Assembly: GCA_965261395.1 (NCBI GenBank)
Contig: OZ253462.1
Location: forward strand, 3,040,001-3,104,000
From: Candidatus Latescibacterota bacterium
Lineage (GTDB): Bacteria; Latescibacterota; UBA2968; UBA8231
Length of the DNA: 64,000 bases
Direction: 5' to 3'
Each line of letters starts with the position of its first letter. Position 1 is the first letter of the stretch. Positions 18,191 through 26,604 of this stretch are shown one piece after another. The translations under genes were made by a program, and so were the position numbers. The notes beneath the pieces are model-generated. The model was not told the origin of the DNA. It did not search any database and worked only from the letters and a program-made list of their open reading frames with translations.

Positions 18191-19287
18191 TCTTCTTCCG
18201 GCGGGCAGTCATCGTCGGCGTGGGCCTGATTGGCGGCTCGATAGGCTTGGCGCTCAAGCGCACCGGCTTTGGCGGGCGGCTTGTGGGCGTCAGTCGCCCC
18301 GCAACCATTGCCCGCGCGCTGGAGTTGGGCGTGGTGGACGAGGGCTGGGGTTACGACGAGCTGGAACGCGCGCTTAAAGGGGCCGACCTAGTCTTTATCT
18401 GCACCCCGATCAAGCGAATTCTCACGCTGATTGCAGAGGTGGGTCAGCTCGCCGAGCCGGGGACGTTGGTTACCGATGTGGGGAGCACCAAGCGGCGCAT
18501 CGTCGCGGCGGCCCAAGCCCATTTCAGCGACGAGGTGTACTTTGTCGGCGGCCACCCGATGGCCGGCTCCGAGAAGGCGGGCGTGGCCGCGGCCGATCCG
18601 TTCCTCTTCCAGAATGCGATCTATATTTTGGTCCCCGATCAGCAGGTGCCAGCCGACCGCTACCAAGCATTGACCGCGCTCTTGCGGCAGCTTGGAGCGC
18701 GGGTGATGGAACTAGACGCTGGGGCACACGACCGGGCGGTCGCCGCTATTAGCCACCTGCCGCAGATGTTGGCGACCTCGCTGGTGGGCATGGTCGGGCG
18801 GCTAAATGCCGAGCGCGATCACTTCCTGCCGCTGGCTGCTGGTGGTTTCCGCGATTTGACGCGGATTGCCTCCAGCCCGTTCGCGCCGGTGTGGGAGGAT
18901 ATCTGCGCGACCAATGCCGACGAGATCCGCGCGATGATTGACCGCTACATTGCCGCGCTCGCGGATGTGAGAGAGCGGCTGGAGGCAGCGGAGCTAAAGG
19001 CGGATTTCGATTTTGCCAATGAGATTCGGGGTTCCATCCCGAGGGATTCAAAGGGGTTTATCCACGTGCTGCACGAGATCTTGGTGCTCGCCGAGGACCG
19101 GCCGGGCGTCATCGCCGAGATCGGGCAGGCGCTGGGCGCGGAAGGGGTAAACATCAACGATATTGAGGTGATGAAGGTGCGCGAGGGCGAAGGAGGGACG
19201 CTGCGGCTGGGGTTTGACAGCGCGGAGAGCGCGGAGCACGCGCTGGGAATTTTGGCGCGGCTCGGGTATGTGGCACGGAGACCCTAG
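18190..19287 (+). CDS. tyrA: Prephenate/arogenate dehydrogenase with C-terminal ACT domain (start uncertain)
   Basis: VIVGVGLIGGS, TDVGSTK, GGHPMAGSE, SHLP, DRPGVIA; first canonical start (18220) lies inside the Rossmann motif. Confidence 0.88.
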   Translation, partial: VFFRRAVIVGVGLIGGSIGLALKRTGFGGRLVGVSRPATIARALELGVVDEGWGYDELERALKGADLVFICTPIKRILTLIAEVGQLAEPGTLVTDVGSTKRRIVAAAQAHFSDEVYFVGGHPMAGSEKAGVAAADPFLFQNAIYILVPDQQVPADRYQALTALLRQLGARVMELDAGAHDRAVAAISHLPQMLATSLVGMVGRLNAERDHFLPLAAGGFRDLTRIASSPFAPVWEDICATNADEIRAMIDRYIAALADVRERLEAAELKADFDFANEIRGSIPRDSKGFIHVLHEILVLAEDRPGVIAEIGQALGAEGVNINDIEVMKVREGEGGTLRLGFDSAESAEHALGILARLGYVARRP

Positions 19288-19290
19288 GCG

Positions 19291-20514
19291 ATGGAAGCAA
19301 TCGTAAGCCCAGCCAAGAAAATTGCCGGGCAAGTCTCGGTGCCCGGCGAGCGGGAGCCAGCCGCGCGCGCGCTCGTGTTGGCCGCGCTGAGCGAAGGAGA
19401 TAGCGTTGTCCGCAACGCGCCCATTGCCGCTGGCCGCGTGGTCGCTTTGTTGCGCGAGCTAGGTGTTGACATTGCCGAGCGCGCAGGCACCCATGAGGTG
19501 CGCGGCGTTGGGTTGCTGGGGTTTCAGCGCGTAGAGGCTCCACTCGACCTAGAAGGATTGGGGGATACCGTGCTGTTGTTGCTCCCCCTGCTCGCCGGAC
19601 AAACATTTCGTTCGCGGGTGAAGTTGGGAATGGAAGCCGAGCGGTGTCGGCCACTGCTCGACCTGCTGGCTCAGCTCGGGTTCGCCGTCGAACAGGAGAG
19701 TGCGGGCACCTTTGTAACCGGGGGTCAGCAGGCCAAAGGGTTCGTCCTCTCCGAGGTACCGCCGACCGACGCCCTAGCGCTGGGCTCGATGGTGGCCGCG
19801 CTCTTTGCCGAGGGGACGACTGCGCTGAAAGTCGGCAGCCGCGTGGAGCGGTTGTTGCGCGGGCGCGGGGTTGTCGTCGAGCGGCGCAAACTGCTGTCGG
19901 TAGAGGGCGGGCAGGCGTTACAGGCGACTGACGTAGAGGTGCCTGGGCAGCTCGCGTTGGCTTATCCGCTCATGGGGGCCGCGCTGTGCCGCAAGAGGTC
20001 GGAGCTAACCATCAGGCGCGTGGCCATTCGCCCTGGGCAGCGGGCCTTCTTGGATTTGCTGCGGCAGATTGGGGCACAGATCGCCGCGGAAGATCGCGGT
20101 CAAAACGAGTGCGATTTGCACGTGAGCGCCAGCCCGTTAAAGGCCACGCGCGTGGCTGGGGGGCGGGCAGCCAAAGTCGTCGACCAGATCGCGCTGCTAG
20201 CAGTCTTGACGACTCAGGCGACGGGGACGACGGTCATCCGCGATGTCGAAGGTGTGCCGCACGTGGAGCATTTGTGCGCCGCGCTGCGCTCGCTCGGTGC
20301 GCGGATTGGCCAGTTCCCGGAGGGGCTCGTCGTCAAAGGCGGCTTTCCGCTCCAGGGCGGTCAGCTCGACGGCAAGGGCGATCCCGGTTTAACCATGGCT
20401 TTTGCCGTGGCCGGGCTGTTGGCCGAAGGGGAGCTGACCATCCAAGGAAGCGAGTGCCTGACGCCCGTCTGGCCCGATTTTTTTAAGATCGTACAATCTA
20501 TTCGAGGAGATTGA
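19291..20514 (+). CDS. EPSP-synthase (AroA)-fold protein with degenerate active site
   Basis: AroA-like length and motif order, but PGEREPAAR replaces PGDKSISHR and DPGLTMAF replaces DHRIAMAF. Confidence 0.75.
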   Translation: MEAIVSPAKKIAGQVSVPGEREPAARALVLAALSEGDSVVRNAPIAAGRVVALLRELGVDIAERAGTHEVRGVGLLGFQRVEAPLDLEGLGDTVLLLLPLLAGQTFRSRVKLGMEAERCRPLLDLLAQLGFAVEQESAGTFVTGGQQAKGFVLSEVPPTDALALGSMVAALFAEGTTALKVGSRVERLLRGRGVVVERRKLLSVEGGQALQATDVEVPGQLALAYPLMGAALCRKRSELTIRRVAIRPGQRAFLDLLRQIGAQIAAEDRGQNECDLHVSASPLKATRVAGGRAAKVVDQIALLAVLTTQATGTTVIRDVEGVPHVEHLCAALRSLGARIGQFPEGLVVKGGFPLQGGQLDGKGDPGLTMAFAVAGLLAEGELTIQGSECLTPVWPDFFKIVQSIRGD

Positions 20515-20516
20515 AT

Positions 20517-20669
20517 ATGAGAGGAATCTTTCGGCTTTTTGTGTGCTCGGCCGTGATGTTGTGCGGCGGCCTACTCGCCATTCGCCTGCTCTACGGAAAA
20601 TCGTGGCGCGAATCCTTCGAGATTGCCAACTGCTTCATTGAGGATTTGATTGAGGATTTGTTGGAGTGA
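20517..20669 (+). CDS. 50-aa small membrane protein (not in the ORF track)
   Basis: GAGGAG RBS; MRGIFRLFVCSAVMLCGGLLAIRLLY...EDLIEDLLE*; TGA overlaps the aroE GTG. Confidence 0.7.
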   Translation: MRGIFRLFVCSAVMLCGGLLAIRLLYGKSWRESFEIANCFIEDLIEDLLE

Positions 20670-21514
20670 TTTCCGGGACGACGCGGGTGCTCGGCGTCAT
20701 CGGCGATCCGGTCGCACACACGGCGTCGCCGGCTATGCACAACGCCGCGCTTAGGGCGCTGAATCTCAACTATGTGTACGCGGCGTTCCGCGTCGCTCCC
20801 GCAGCCTTGCCCCAAGCCCTAGCCGGAATGCGCGCGCTCGGCATGGTCGGACTGAATGTAACCGTGCCGCACAAACAGGGCGTCATGGCGCATCTCGACG
20901 AGATTTCCGCAGAGGCCCAAAGCATTGGAGCGGTCAATACTATTGCCAACCGCGATGGCCGGCTCGTTGGGTACAACACCGACGCCTTTGGGATCGTCCA
21001 AAGTCTCAAGGCCGATGGCGGCTTGGACCCGCTGCCGTCCAAGGTCGCGCTCCTCGGTGCAGGCGGCGCGGCGCGGGCCGTGCTCTACGCGCTGCTGGCG
21101 CGGGACGAGGTGGAGGAGGTGCTGCTGCTCAACCGCACGGTGGAAAAGGCCGCAGCCCTCGCTGGCGACCTCGACAGTGCTGGCAAGGTGCGGGTTGGGT
21201 CGCTGGCAGAGACCGGGCCGATTGGGGATGCTGGTTTGCTCATCAACGCCACGGCGCTGGGGATGCACCCCCGCGAAGACGTTTCGCCGCTGGCGGACCC
21301 GTCGTGCCTGCACGAGCGCATGCTGGTTGCCGACATTGTGTACAACCCGTTGGAGACCGTGCTCATGCGGCAGGCTGCTGCCGCTGGCGCGCCCGCGATT
21401 AACGGCTTGGGTATGCTCGCTTGGCAGGGAGCGCGCTCGTTTGAGATCTGGACGGGTGTCGAGCCGCCAGTCGAGGCGATGATTGCGGCCGCACTGGAGC
21501 ATTTCCCCGATTAG
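20666..21514 (+). CDS. aroE: Shikimate dehydrogenase
   Basis: HTASPAMHN, NVTVPHK, GAVNT, NTD, GAGGAAR. Confidence 0.95.
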   Translation: MISGTTRVLGVIGDPVAHTASPAMHNAALRALNLNYVYAAFRVAPAALPQALAGMRALGMVGLNVTVPHKQGVMAHLDEISAEAQSIGAVNTIANRDGRLVGYNTDAFGIVQSLKADGGLDPLPSKVALLGAGGAARAVLYALLARDEVEEVLLLNRTVEKAAALAGDLDSAGKVRVGSLAETGPIGDAGLLINATALGMHPREDVSPLADPSCLHERMLVADIVYNPLETVLMRQAAAAGAPAINGLGMLAWQGARSFEIWTGVEPPVEAMIAAALEHFPD

Positions 21515-21561
21515 ACCGTTGGTTGGATGGACGGAATAACGACAAACAACATAGATAACGC

Positions 21562-23277
21562 ATGATAACCGAATTATTAGAAACGCGCATCAGCGCGGCA
21601 CTGGCCCGAGCGGGCGCACCCGAGGATTCCCCGGCTCTCGTCGGTCCGGCCACTCGCCCGGAGTTCGGCGACTACCAAGCCAACGGCGTGATGGCCGCGG
21701 CCAAGAAGCTGAAGACCAACCCCCGCGTGCTCGCCACCCAAGTCGTGGAGGAACTGGATCTGGAGGACATGGCCGCGTCCGTAGATATCGCCGGCCCGGG
21801 CTTTATCAACATCCAGCTCAAAGGCGAGTGGCTGGCCGCTCAGCTAGGCAATGTGCTGACCGATCCGCGACTCGGCGTGCCCAAGGCCGCGCCGCAAAAG
21901 GTCGTAATCGACTACTCGCATCCCAACTTGGCCAAGGAAATGCACATCGGCCATCTGCGCAGCACGGTCATCGGCGACGCCATCGCCCGCGTCCTCAAAT
22001 TCTCGGGCCACGAGGTCGTACGCCACAATCACGTGGGCGACTGGGGGACGCAGTTTGGGATGCTCATCGCCCACTTGGACCAACTCGCGGACCCGGCCAC
22101 GGAATTGGCCGATCTAGAAATATTCTACCAATCGGCGCGTCAGCGCTTTGACCAGGACGCAGCCTTCGCCGACCTGTCGCGGGAATACGTGGTCAAGCTG
22201 CAAGGCGGCGATCCGCACGTGCTGCAGATGTGGCAGCAGTTCATCGACGAGTCGCTCGTCCACGGCCAGCGCGTGTACTCTACGCTAGGGGTCGGTCTTG
22301 AGCCCGAAGACGTGCGGGGCGAGAGCGCGTACAACGACGACTTACCTCGCGTGGTCGAGGATTTGCGAGCCAAGGGCCTGCTGGTGGAGTCCAACGGCGC
22401 GCAGTGCGTCTTTTTGGAGGAATTCAAAAACAAGGACGGCCAGATCACGCCGGTGATCGTGCAGAAGTCGGACGGCGGCTACCTCTATGCGACGAGCGAC
22501 CTCGCGGCCGTGCGCTATCGGGCCGGTGCGCTTGCTGCCGACCGCATCCTCTACATCGTCGATGCGCGCCAGTCTCTTCACTTGCAGCAGGTTTTCGCGG
22601 TGGCACGGGCGGCTGGGTACGCGCCCGCGACGACCGCTTTGGAGCACCACGCTTTTGGCGCGATTCTCGGCGCGGACAACCGGCCGTTCAGGACGCGAGT
22701 CGGCGGCACGGTCAAGCTGATGGATGTGTTGGAGGAAGGCGTGGAGCGGGCCTTTGCCCAAGTGAGCGAGAAAAACCCCGCGTTGGACGAGGCCGAACGG
22801 CGGCAGATCGCCCGCGTGGTTGGCATTGGCAGCGTCAAGTACATGGAGTTGTCGTTCAACCGCACCTCGGACTACGTGTTCGACTGGGACAAGATGCTGG
22901 CCCTCGACGGCAACACCGCTCCGTACATGCTCTACTCGTATGCTCGCATCAAGAGCATGTTTCGCCGCGCCGCCGTGGATGAAAGCGCGCTCGGCGGCGC
23001 GATAACGCTCGGCGAAAGGGCCGAGAGTGTACTCGCCATCAAGCTGTTGCAGTTTCCCGAGGTGGTCGCGGCCGTGGCCCACCAGTGCTATCCGCACTTG
23101 CTCTGTAACTATCTCTACGAGTTGTCCGACGCCTTTATGAAGTTCTACGAGCAGTGCCCGGTCCTCCGCGCGGACGAGCCGTTGCGCACGAGTCGGCTGC
23201 TGCTGGCGCTGCTGACCGCGCGCATCCTGCGCCAGGGTCTCGACCTGCTCGGCATTGAGACCCTTGAGAGAATGTGA
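21562..23277 (+). CDS. argS: Arginyl-tRNA synthetase
   Basis: FGDYQAN, PNLAKEMHIGHLRST, GDWGTQFG, C-terminal ERM. Confidence 0.97.
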   Translation: MITELLETRISAALARAGAPEDSPALVGPATRPEFGDYQANGVMAAAKKLKTNPRVLATQVVEELDLEDMAASVDIAGPGFINIQLKGEWLAAQLGNVLTDPRLGVPKAAPQKVVIDYSHPNLAKEMHIGHLRSTVIGDAIARVLKFSGHEVVRHNHVGDWGTQFGMLIAHLDQLADPATELADLEIFYQSARQRFDQDAAFADLSREYVVKLQGGDPHVLQMWQQFIDESLVHGQRVYSTLGVGLEPEDVRGESAYNDDLPRVVEDLRAKGLLVESNGAQCVFLEEFKNKDGQITPVIVQKSDGGYLYATSDLAAVRYRAGALAADRILYIVDARQSLHLQQVFAVARAAGYAPATTALEHHAFGAILGADNRPFRTRVGGTVKLMDVLEEGVERAFAQVSEKNPALDEAERRQIARVVGIGSVKYMELSFNRTSDYVFDWDKMLALDGNTAPYMLYSYARIKSMFRRAAVDESALGGAITLGERAESVLAIKLLQFPEVVAAVAHQCYPHLLCNYLYELSDAFMKFYEQCPVLRADEPLRTSRLLLALLTARILRQGLDLLGIETLERM

Positions 23278-23287
23278 GACTTGGGCC

Positions 23288-23821
23288 ATGACGAGGGGGC
23301 CGGTATTTCTGACTGGTTTTATGGGCGTGGGCAAGACTCGGGTCGGGCGCATTCTGGCGCGGCAGCTAGGGCGTTGCTTCTTGGACACCGACCGGATGGT
23401 TGAGCAGCGCGCCGGCAAGTCCATTGCGGAGATTTTCGCCGACGAAGGCGAGGCGCACTTCCGCCAGCTAGAGCGCGACTGCGTCCTCGAAACTTGTCAG
23501 CGCCTAGATGCCGTAGTGGCCTTGGGCGGTGGGGCGATCACCCGCGCCGACAACGTCGAGGCCGTGCGCTGCGCCGGCGTCTTGGTGTGCCTCAAGGCCG
23601 ACGTGGATACGATTTTTGCCCGAATCAGTCGGCGCACCAACCGGCCTCTGCTCGCCGGATTGGAGCCGAGGGAACAGCGCGCCAAAATAGAATCCCTGCT
23701 CCGCGCGCGCGCTCCTTTCTACGACCAAGCCCACATCGAACTGTACACCACGCAGACGCAGATGCCTGAGGATACGGCCGAGCAACTCCGCGACTTGCTG
23801 GAGAGCTATGCAAAGAATTGA
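23288..23821 (+). CDS. aroK: Shikimate kinase
   Basis: GFMGVGKT, GEAHFRQLE, LGGG, RPLL. Confidence 0.95.
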   Translation: MTRGPVFLTGFMGVGKTRVGRILARQLGRCFLDTDRMVEQRAGKSIAEIFADEGEAHFRQLERDCVLETCQRLDAVVALGGGAITRADNVEAVRCAGVLVCLKADVDTIFARISRRTNRPLLAGLEPREQRAKIESLLRARAPFYDQAHIELYTTQTQMPEDTAEQLRDLLESYAKN

Positions 23822-24911
23822 CTTAGACATCACAGGGGCTGCATACCCCATCTTCGTCGGCCACGACATTCTCGGGGAACTGGGGCCGCGCTGCCGCGAC
23901 TTGGCCTTGGGCCGGCAGGTCGCGCTGGTGAGCGACGAGATCGTGGCGGCGCGCTATCTGCAACCTGCGGCCGCGAGCTTGCGCGCCGCTGGATTCGAGG
24001 TGTTGGAGATTGTCTATGCCGGGGGCGAGAGTGCCAAGAACTTGCTCGGGGCCGAGGGGATTTTCGCGCAGATGATCGCGGCCGAGTTCGACCGCGGCGC
24101 TTGGGTGGTGGCCCTCGGTGGGGGCGTAGTCGGCGACATGGCGGGCTTTGTGGCCTCTACTTATTTGCGCGGCGTGCCCTATGTGCAGGTGCCTACGACC
24201 ATTGTCTCGCAGGTAGATTCGAGCATCGGCGGCAAGACTGGGGTCAACCACGCGCTGGGCAAAAATCTGATCGGCACCTTTCACCAGCCGCGCTTGGTCT
24301 TGGCCGACACCAACGCGCTGCACTCGCTGCCGAGGCGGGAGCGGGTCGCGGGCATGGCCGAGGTGGTCAAACACGGGCTGATCCGCGACGCCGCGCTCTT
24401 CGCCTTTTTGGAGGAGCACTTGGAGGAAGTCGTGGATATGGCGCTAGCGCCGGAGACCTTGGACTGGCTGATCGGCCGCAATGTCGAGATCAAGGCCGAG
24501 GTGGTGGCTGCCGACGAGAAGGAGCACGGCTTGCGGGCCATCCTCAATTACGGGCACACCATTGGGCACGCGATTGAGGCAGCCACGGACTATGGCCGCT
24601 ACCGGCACGGGGAGGCGATAATTTTTGGCTTGATTGCCGCGGGCGAAATCGCCTGCCGCGAGGGTTTGTGGCCTGAAGCGGAAAGGCAGCGGCAGGACGC
24701 GTTGCTGGCGAGGTTGGGGGTGCCCGGAGGATTGGCCGAGGTGGATACGGAGCGGATTTTGGTCTGTGCCAAGGCCGACAAGAAGCGAGTGGATGGGCGG
24801 CTGCGGTTCGTGCTGGGTCGGCGGATCGGGGAGGTGGAGGTCGTGGAAGGAATAACCGATGCGATGGTGCGGTCGGCCATTGAATACGCGCAGCGCTTTT
24901 GCGAGGGATGA
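23808..24911 (+). CDS. aroB: 3-dehydroquinate synthase
   Basis: GGGVVGD, DSSIGGKT, LNYGHTIGHAIE. Confidence 0.96.
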   Translation: MQRIDLDITGAAYPIFVGHDILGELGPRCRDLALGRQVALVSDEIVAARYLQPAAASLRAAGFEVLEIVYAGGESAKNLLGAEGIFAQMIAAEFDRGAWVVALGGGVVGDMAGFVASTYLRGVPYVQVPTTIVSQVDSSIGGKTGVNHALGKNLIGTFHQPRLVLADTNALHSLPRRERVAGMAEVVKHGLIRDAALFAFLEEHLEEVVDMALAPETLDWLIGRNVEIKAEVVAADEKEHGLRAILNYGHTIGHAIEAATDYGRYRHGEAIIFGLIAAGEIACREGLWPEAERQRQDALLARLGVPGGLAEVDTERILVCAKADKKRVDGRLRFVLGRRIGEVEVVEGITDAMVRSAIEYAQRFCEG

Positions 24912-24916
24912 GATAA

Positions 24917-26236
24917 ATGAGTGAAAACCAGCCTCACAAAGTTCACCTAGTCAGCTTGGGGTGCCCGAAAAATACGGTCGATTCCGAGCGGATGCTGGGG
25001 CTTTTACAAGGCCATGCCTATCAGATGACGGACGTGCCGGAAGAAGCGGACGTGGTGGTGGTCAATACCTGCGGCTTTATCGAGCCGGCCAAAGAGGAAT
25101 CCCTCGCCGCGATTATGGACGCGCATCGGCTCAAACAAGAAGGTCAGTGCGAGGGAGTGATTGTCACGGGGTGTCTATCGACGCGCTACTACGAAGAGCT
25201 CGCGCAGGAGTTGGTGGAGGCCGACAAGCTGTTGACGATTGCCGACGAGGCCGACATCGTCCGCCATGTTGACGACGTGTTGGGCGTCCAGCGGCCCGGG
25301 TACTTGGCCAGCTTGCCGCGGACCTCGCTGACGCCCAAGCACTGGGCGTACCTGCGCATATCGGATGGCTGCGATCATAAATGCGCCTTTTGCGCCATTC
25401 CCGCCATTCGCGGGCGGCACGTGAGCGAGCCGGTCGAACAGCTCGTGGCCGAGGCCGAGCGGCTGGCTACGGCTGGGGTGCGGGAACTGGTCTTGGTCTC
25501 GCAGGACTCGGTGCGCTACGGGGCCGATCTCTACGGCCGGCCGCAGCTCGTGCGCCTCTTACAAGCGCTCGCCGAGGTGGAGGGCATTGAGTGGATGCGC
25601 TTGATGTACACCTATCCGGCGTTCTGGACCGAGGAACTGATCGACTTCTACGCCACGTACGACAAGATGTGTCTGTACATCGACATGCCGCTGCAACACA
25701 TCTCCGACCCAGTGCTCAAGCGCATGAAGCGGGCGACGACGCGCCAAAAGACACTCGATTTGTTGGCGCAACTGCGGGAGCGGCTGCCGGGGGCTGGGCT
25801 GCGCTCGACGTTCATCGTCGGTTTCCCCGGCGAGACCGAAGCCGATTTTGCCGCCTTGCTGGAGTTCGTGGCCGAGACGCGCTTTGACTACGCGACCGGC
25901 TTTCTCTACTCACCGGAAGATGGGACTTCGGCGTATGAGCTTGGCGATCCGGTCGCCGAGGAGGTCAAGCAGGAGCGCTACAGCCGCCTGACGCAACTAC
26001 AGGAGCGCGTGGGCACGGAGAAAAACGACGAGCTCGTCGGCACGCGGCAGCAGGTCTTGGTCGATGCGCGCGAGGGAGAGATGTGCTATGGGCGGATGGA
26101 GCGCGATGCCCCGGAAATCGACGGCCAAGTCGTCATCGCCGAGGGCACGCCTCCGGTGGGTTCTTTCGTCGAAGTGGAGATCACCGCAGCCGCGCCCTAC
26201 GAGCTGAGTGCTAAGGTGGTGGGAGAACCGCGTTGA
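24917..26236 (+). CDS. rimO: Ribosomal protein S12 methylthiotransferase
   Basis: LGCPKN, NTCGFI, CDHKCAFC, APEIDG. Confidence 0.95.
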   Translation: MSENQPHKVHLVSLGCPKNTVDSERMLGLLQGHAYQMTDVPEEADVVVVNTCGFIEPAKEESLAAIMDAHRLKQEGQCEGVIVTGCLSTRYYEELAQELVEADKLLTIADEADIVRHVDDVLGVQRPGYLASLPRTSLTPKHWAYLRISDGCDHKCAFCAIPAIRGRHVSEPVEQLVAEAERLATAGVRELVLVSQDSVRYGADLYGRPQLVRLLQALAEVEGIEWMRLMYTYPAFWTEELIDFYATYDKMCLYIDMPLQHISDPVLKRMKRATTRQKTLDLLAQLRERLPGAGLRSTFIVGFPGETEADFAALLEFVAETRFDYATGFLYSPEDGTSAYELGDPVAEEVKQERYSRLTQLQERVGTEKNDELVGTRQQVLVDAREGEMCYGRMERDAPEIDGQVVIAEGTPPVGSFVEVEITAAAPYELSAKVVGEPR

Positions 26237-26550
26237 ACAAGGTGAAGCCGCGCGACATCGCCGTGGACGGCCGGGCCGGCGAATTGGTCATCGCGTGGAG
26301 CGATGGCCGCGAGAGCCGCTACGACTTGGAGGGGTTGCGGCGCGAGTGTCCTTGCGCCCACTGCCGGGAATTGCGCGATACGAGCGAGGGCGGGTTGACG
26401 CTCTTGCAGCCCGAGGCGGTGTCGGCCACGGCCGAGGTGCTGGGGGTTAGCTACGTCGGGCGCTACGGCATTCGCATTGAATGGGCCGATGGGCACGATC
26501 ACGGCATTTATACGTTTGAGTTTTTTCGCGCCATAGACGCGGGCGGATGA
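26233..26550 (+). CDS. DUF971 / GBBH-N-like metal-binding protein
   Basis: LRRECPCAHC, VGRYG, WADGHDHGIY. Confidence 0.85.
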   Translation: MNKVKPRDIAVDGRAGELVIAWSDGRESRYDLEGLRRECPCAHCRELRDTSEGGLTLLQPEAVSATAEVLGVSYVGRYGIRIEWADGHDHGIYTFEFFRAIDAGG

Positions 26551-26576
26551 GGTAAGGCGGGTTTTTGGAAGCGAGC

Positions 26577-26604
26577 GACCACCCCTAATGGGGTGGTTTT
26601 TTTT
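26577..26604 (+). terminator. Rho-independent terminator between convergent genes
   Basis: GACCACCCC-taat-GGGGTGGTT plus T run. Confidence 0.85.
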
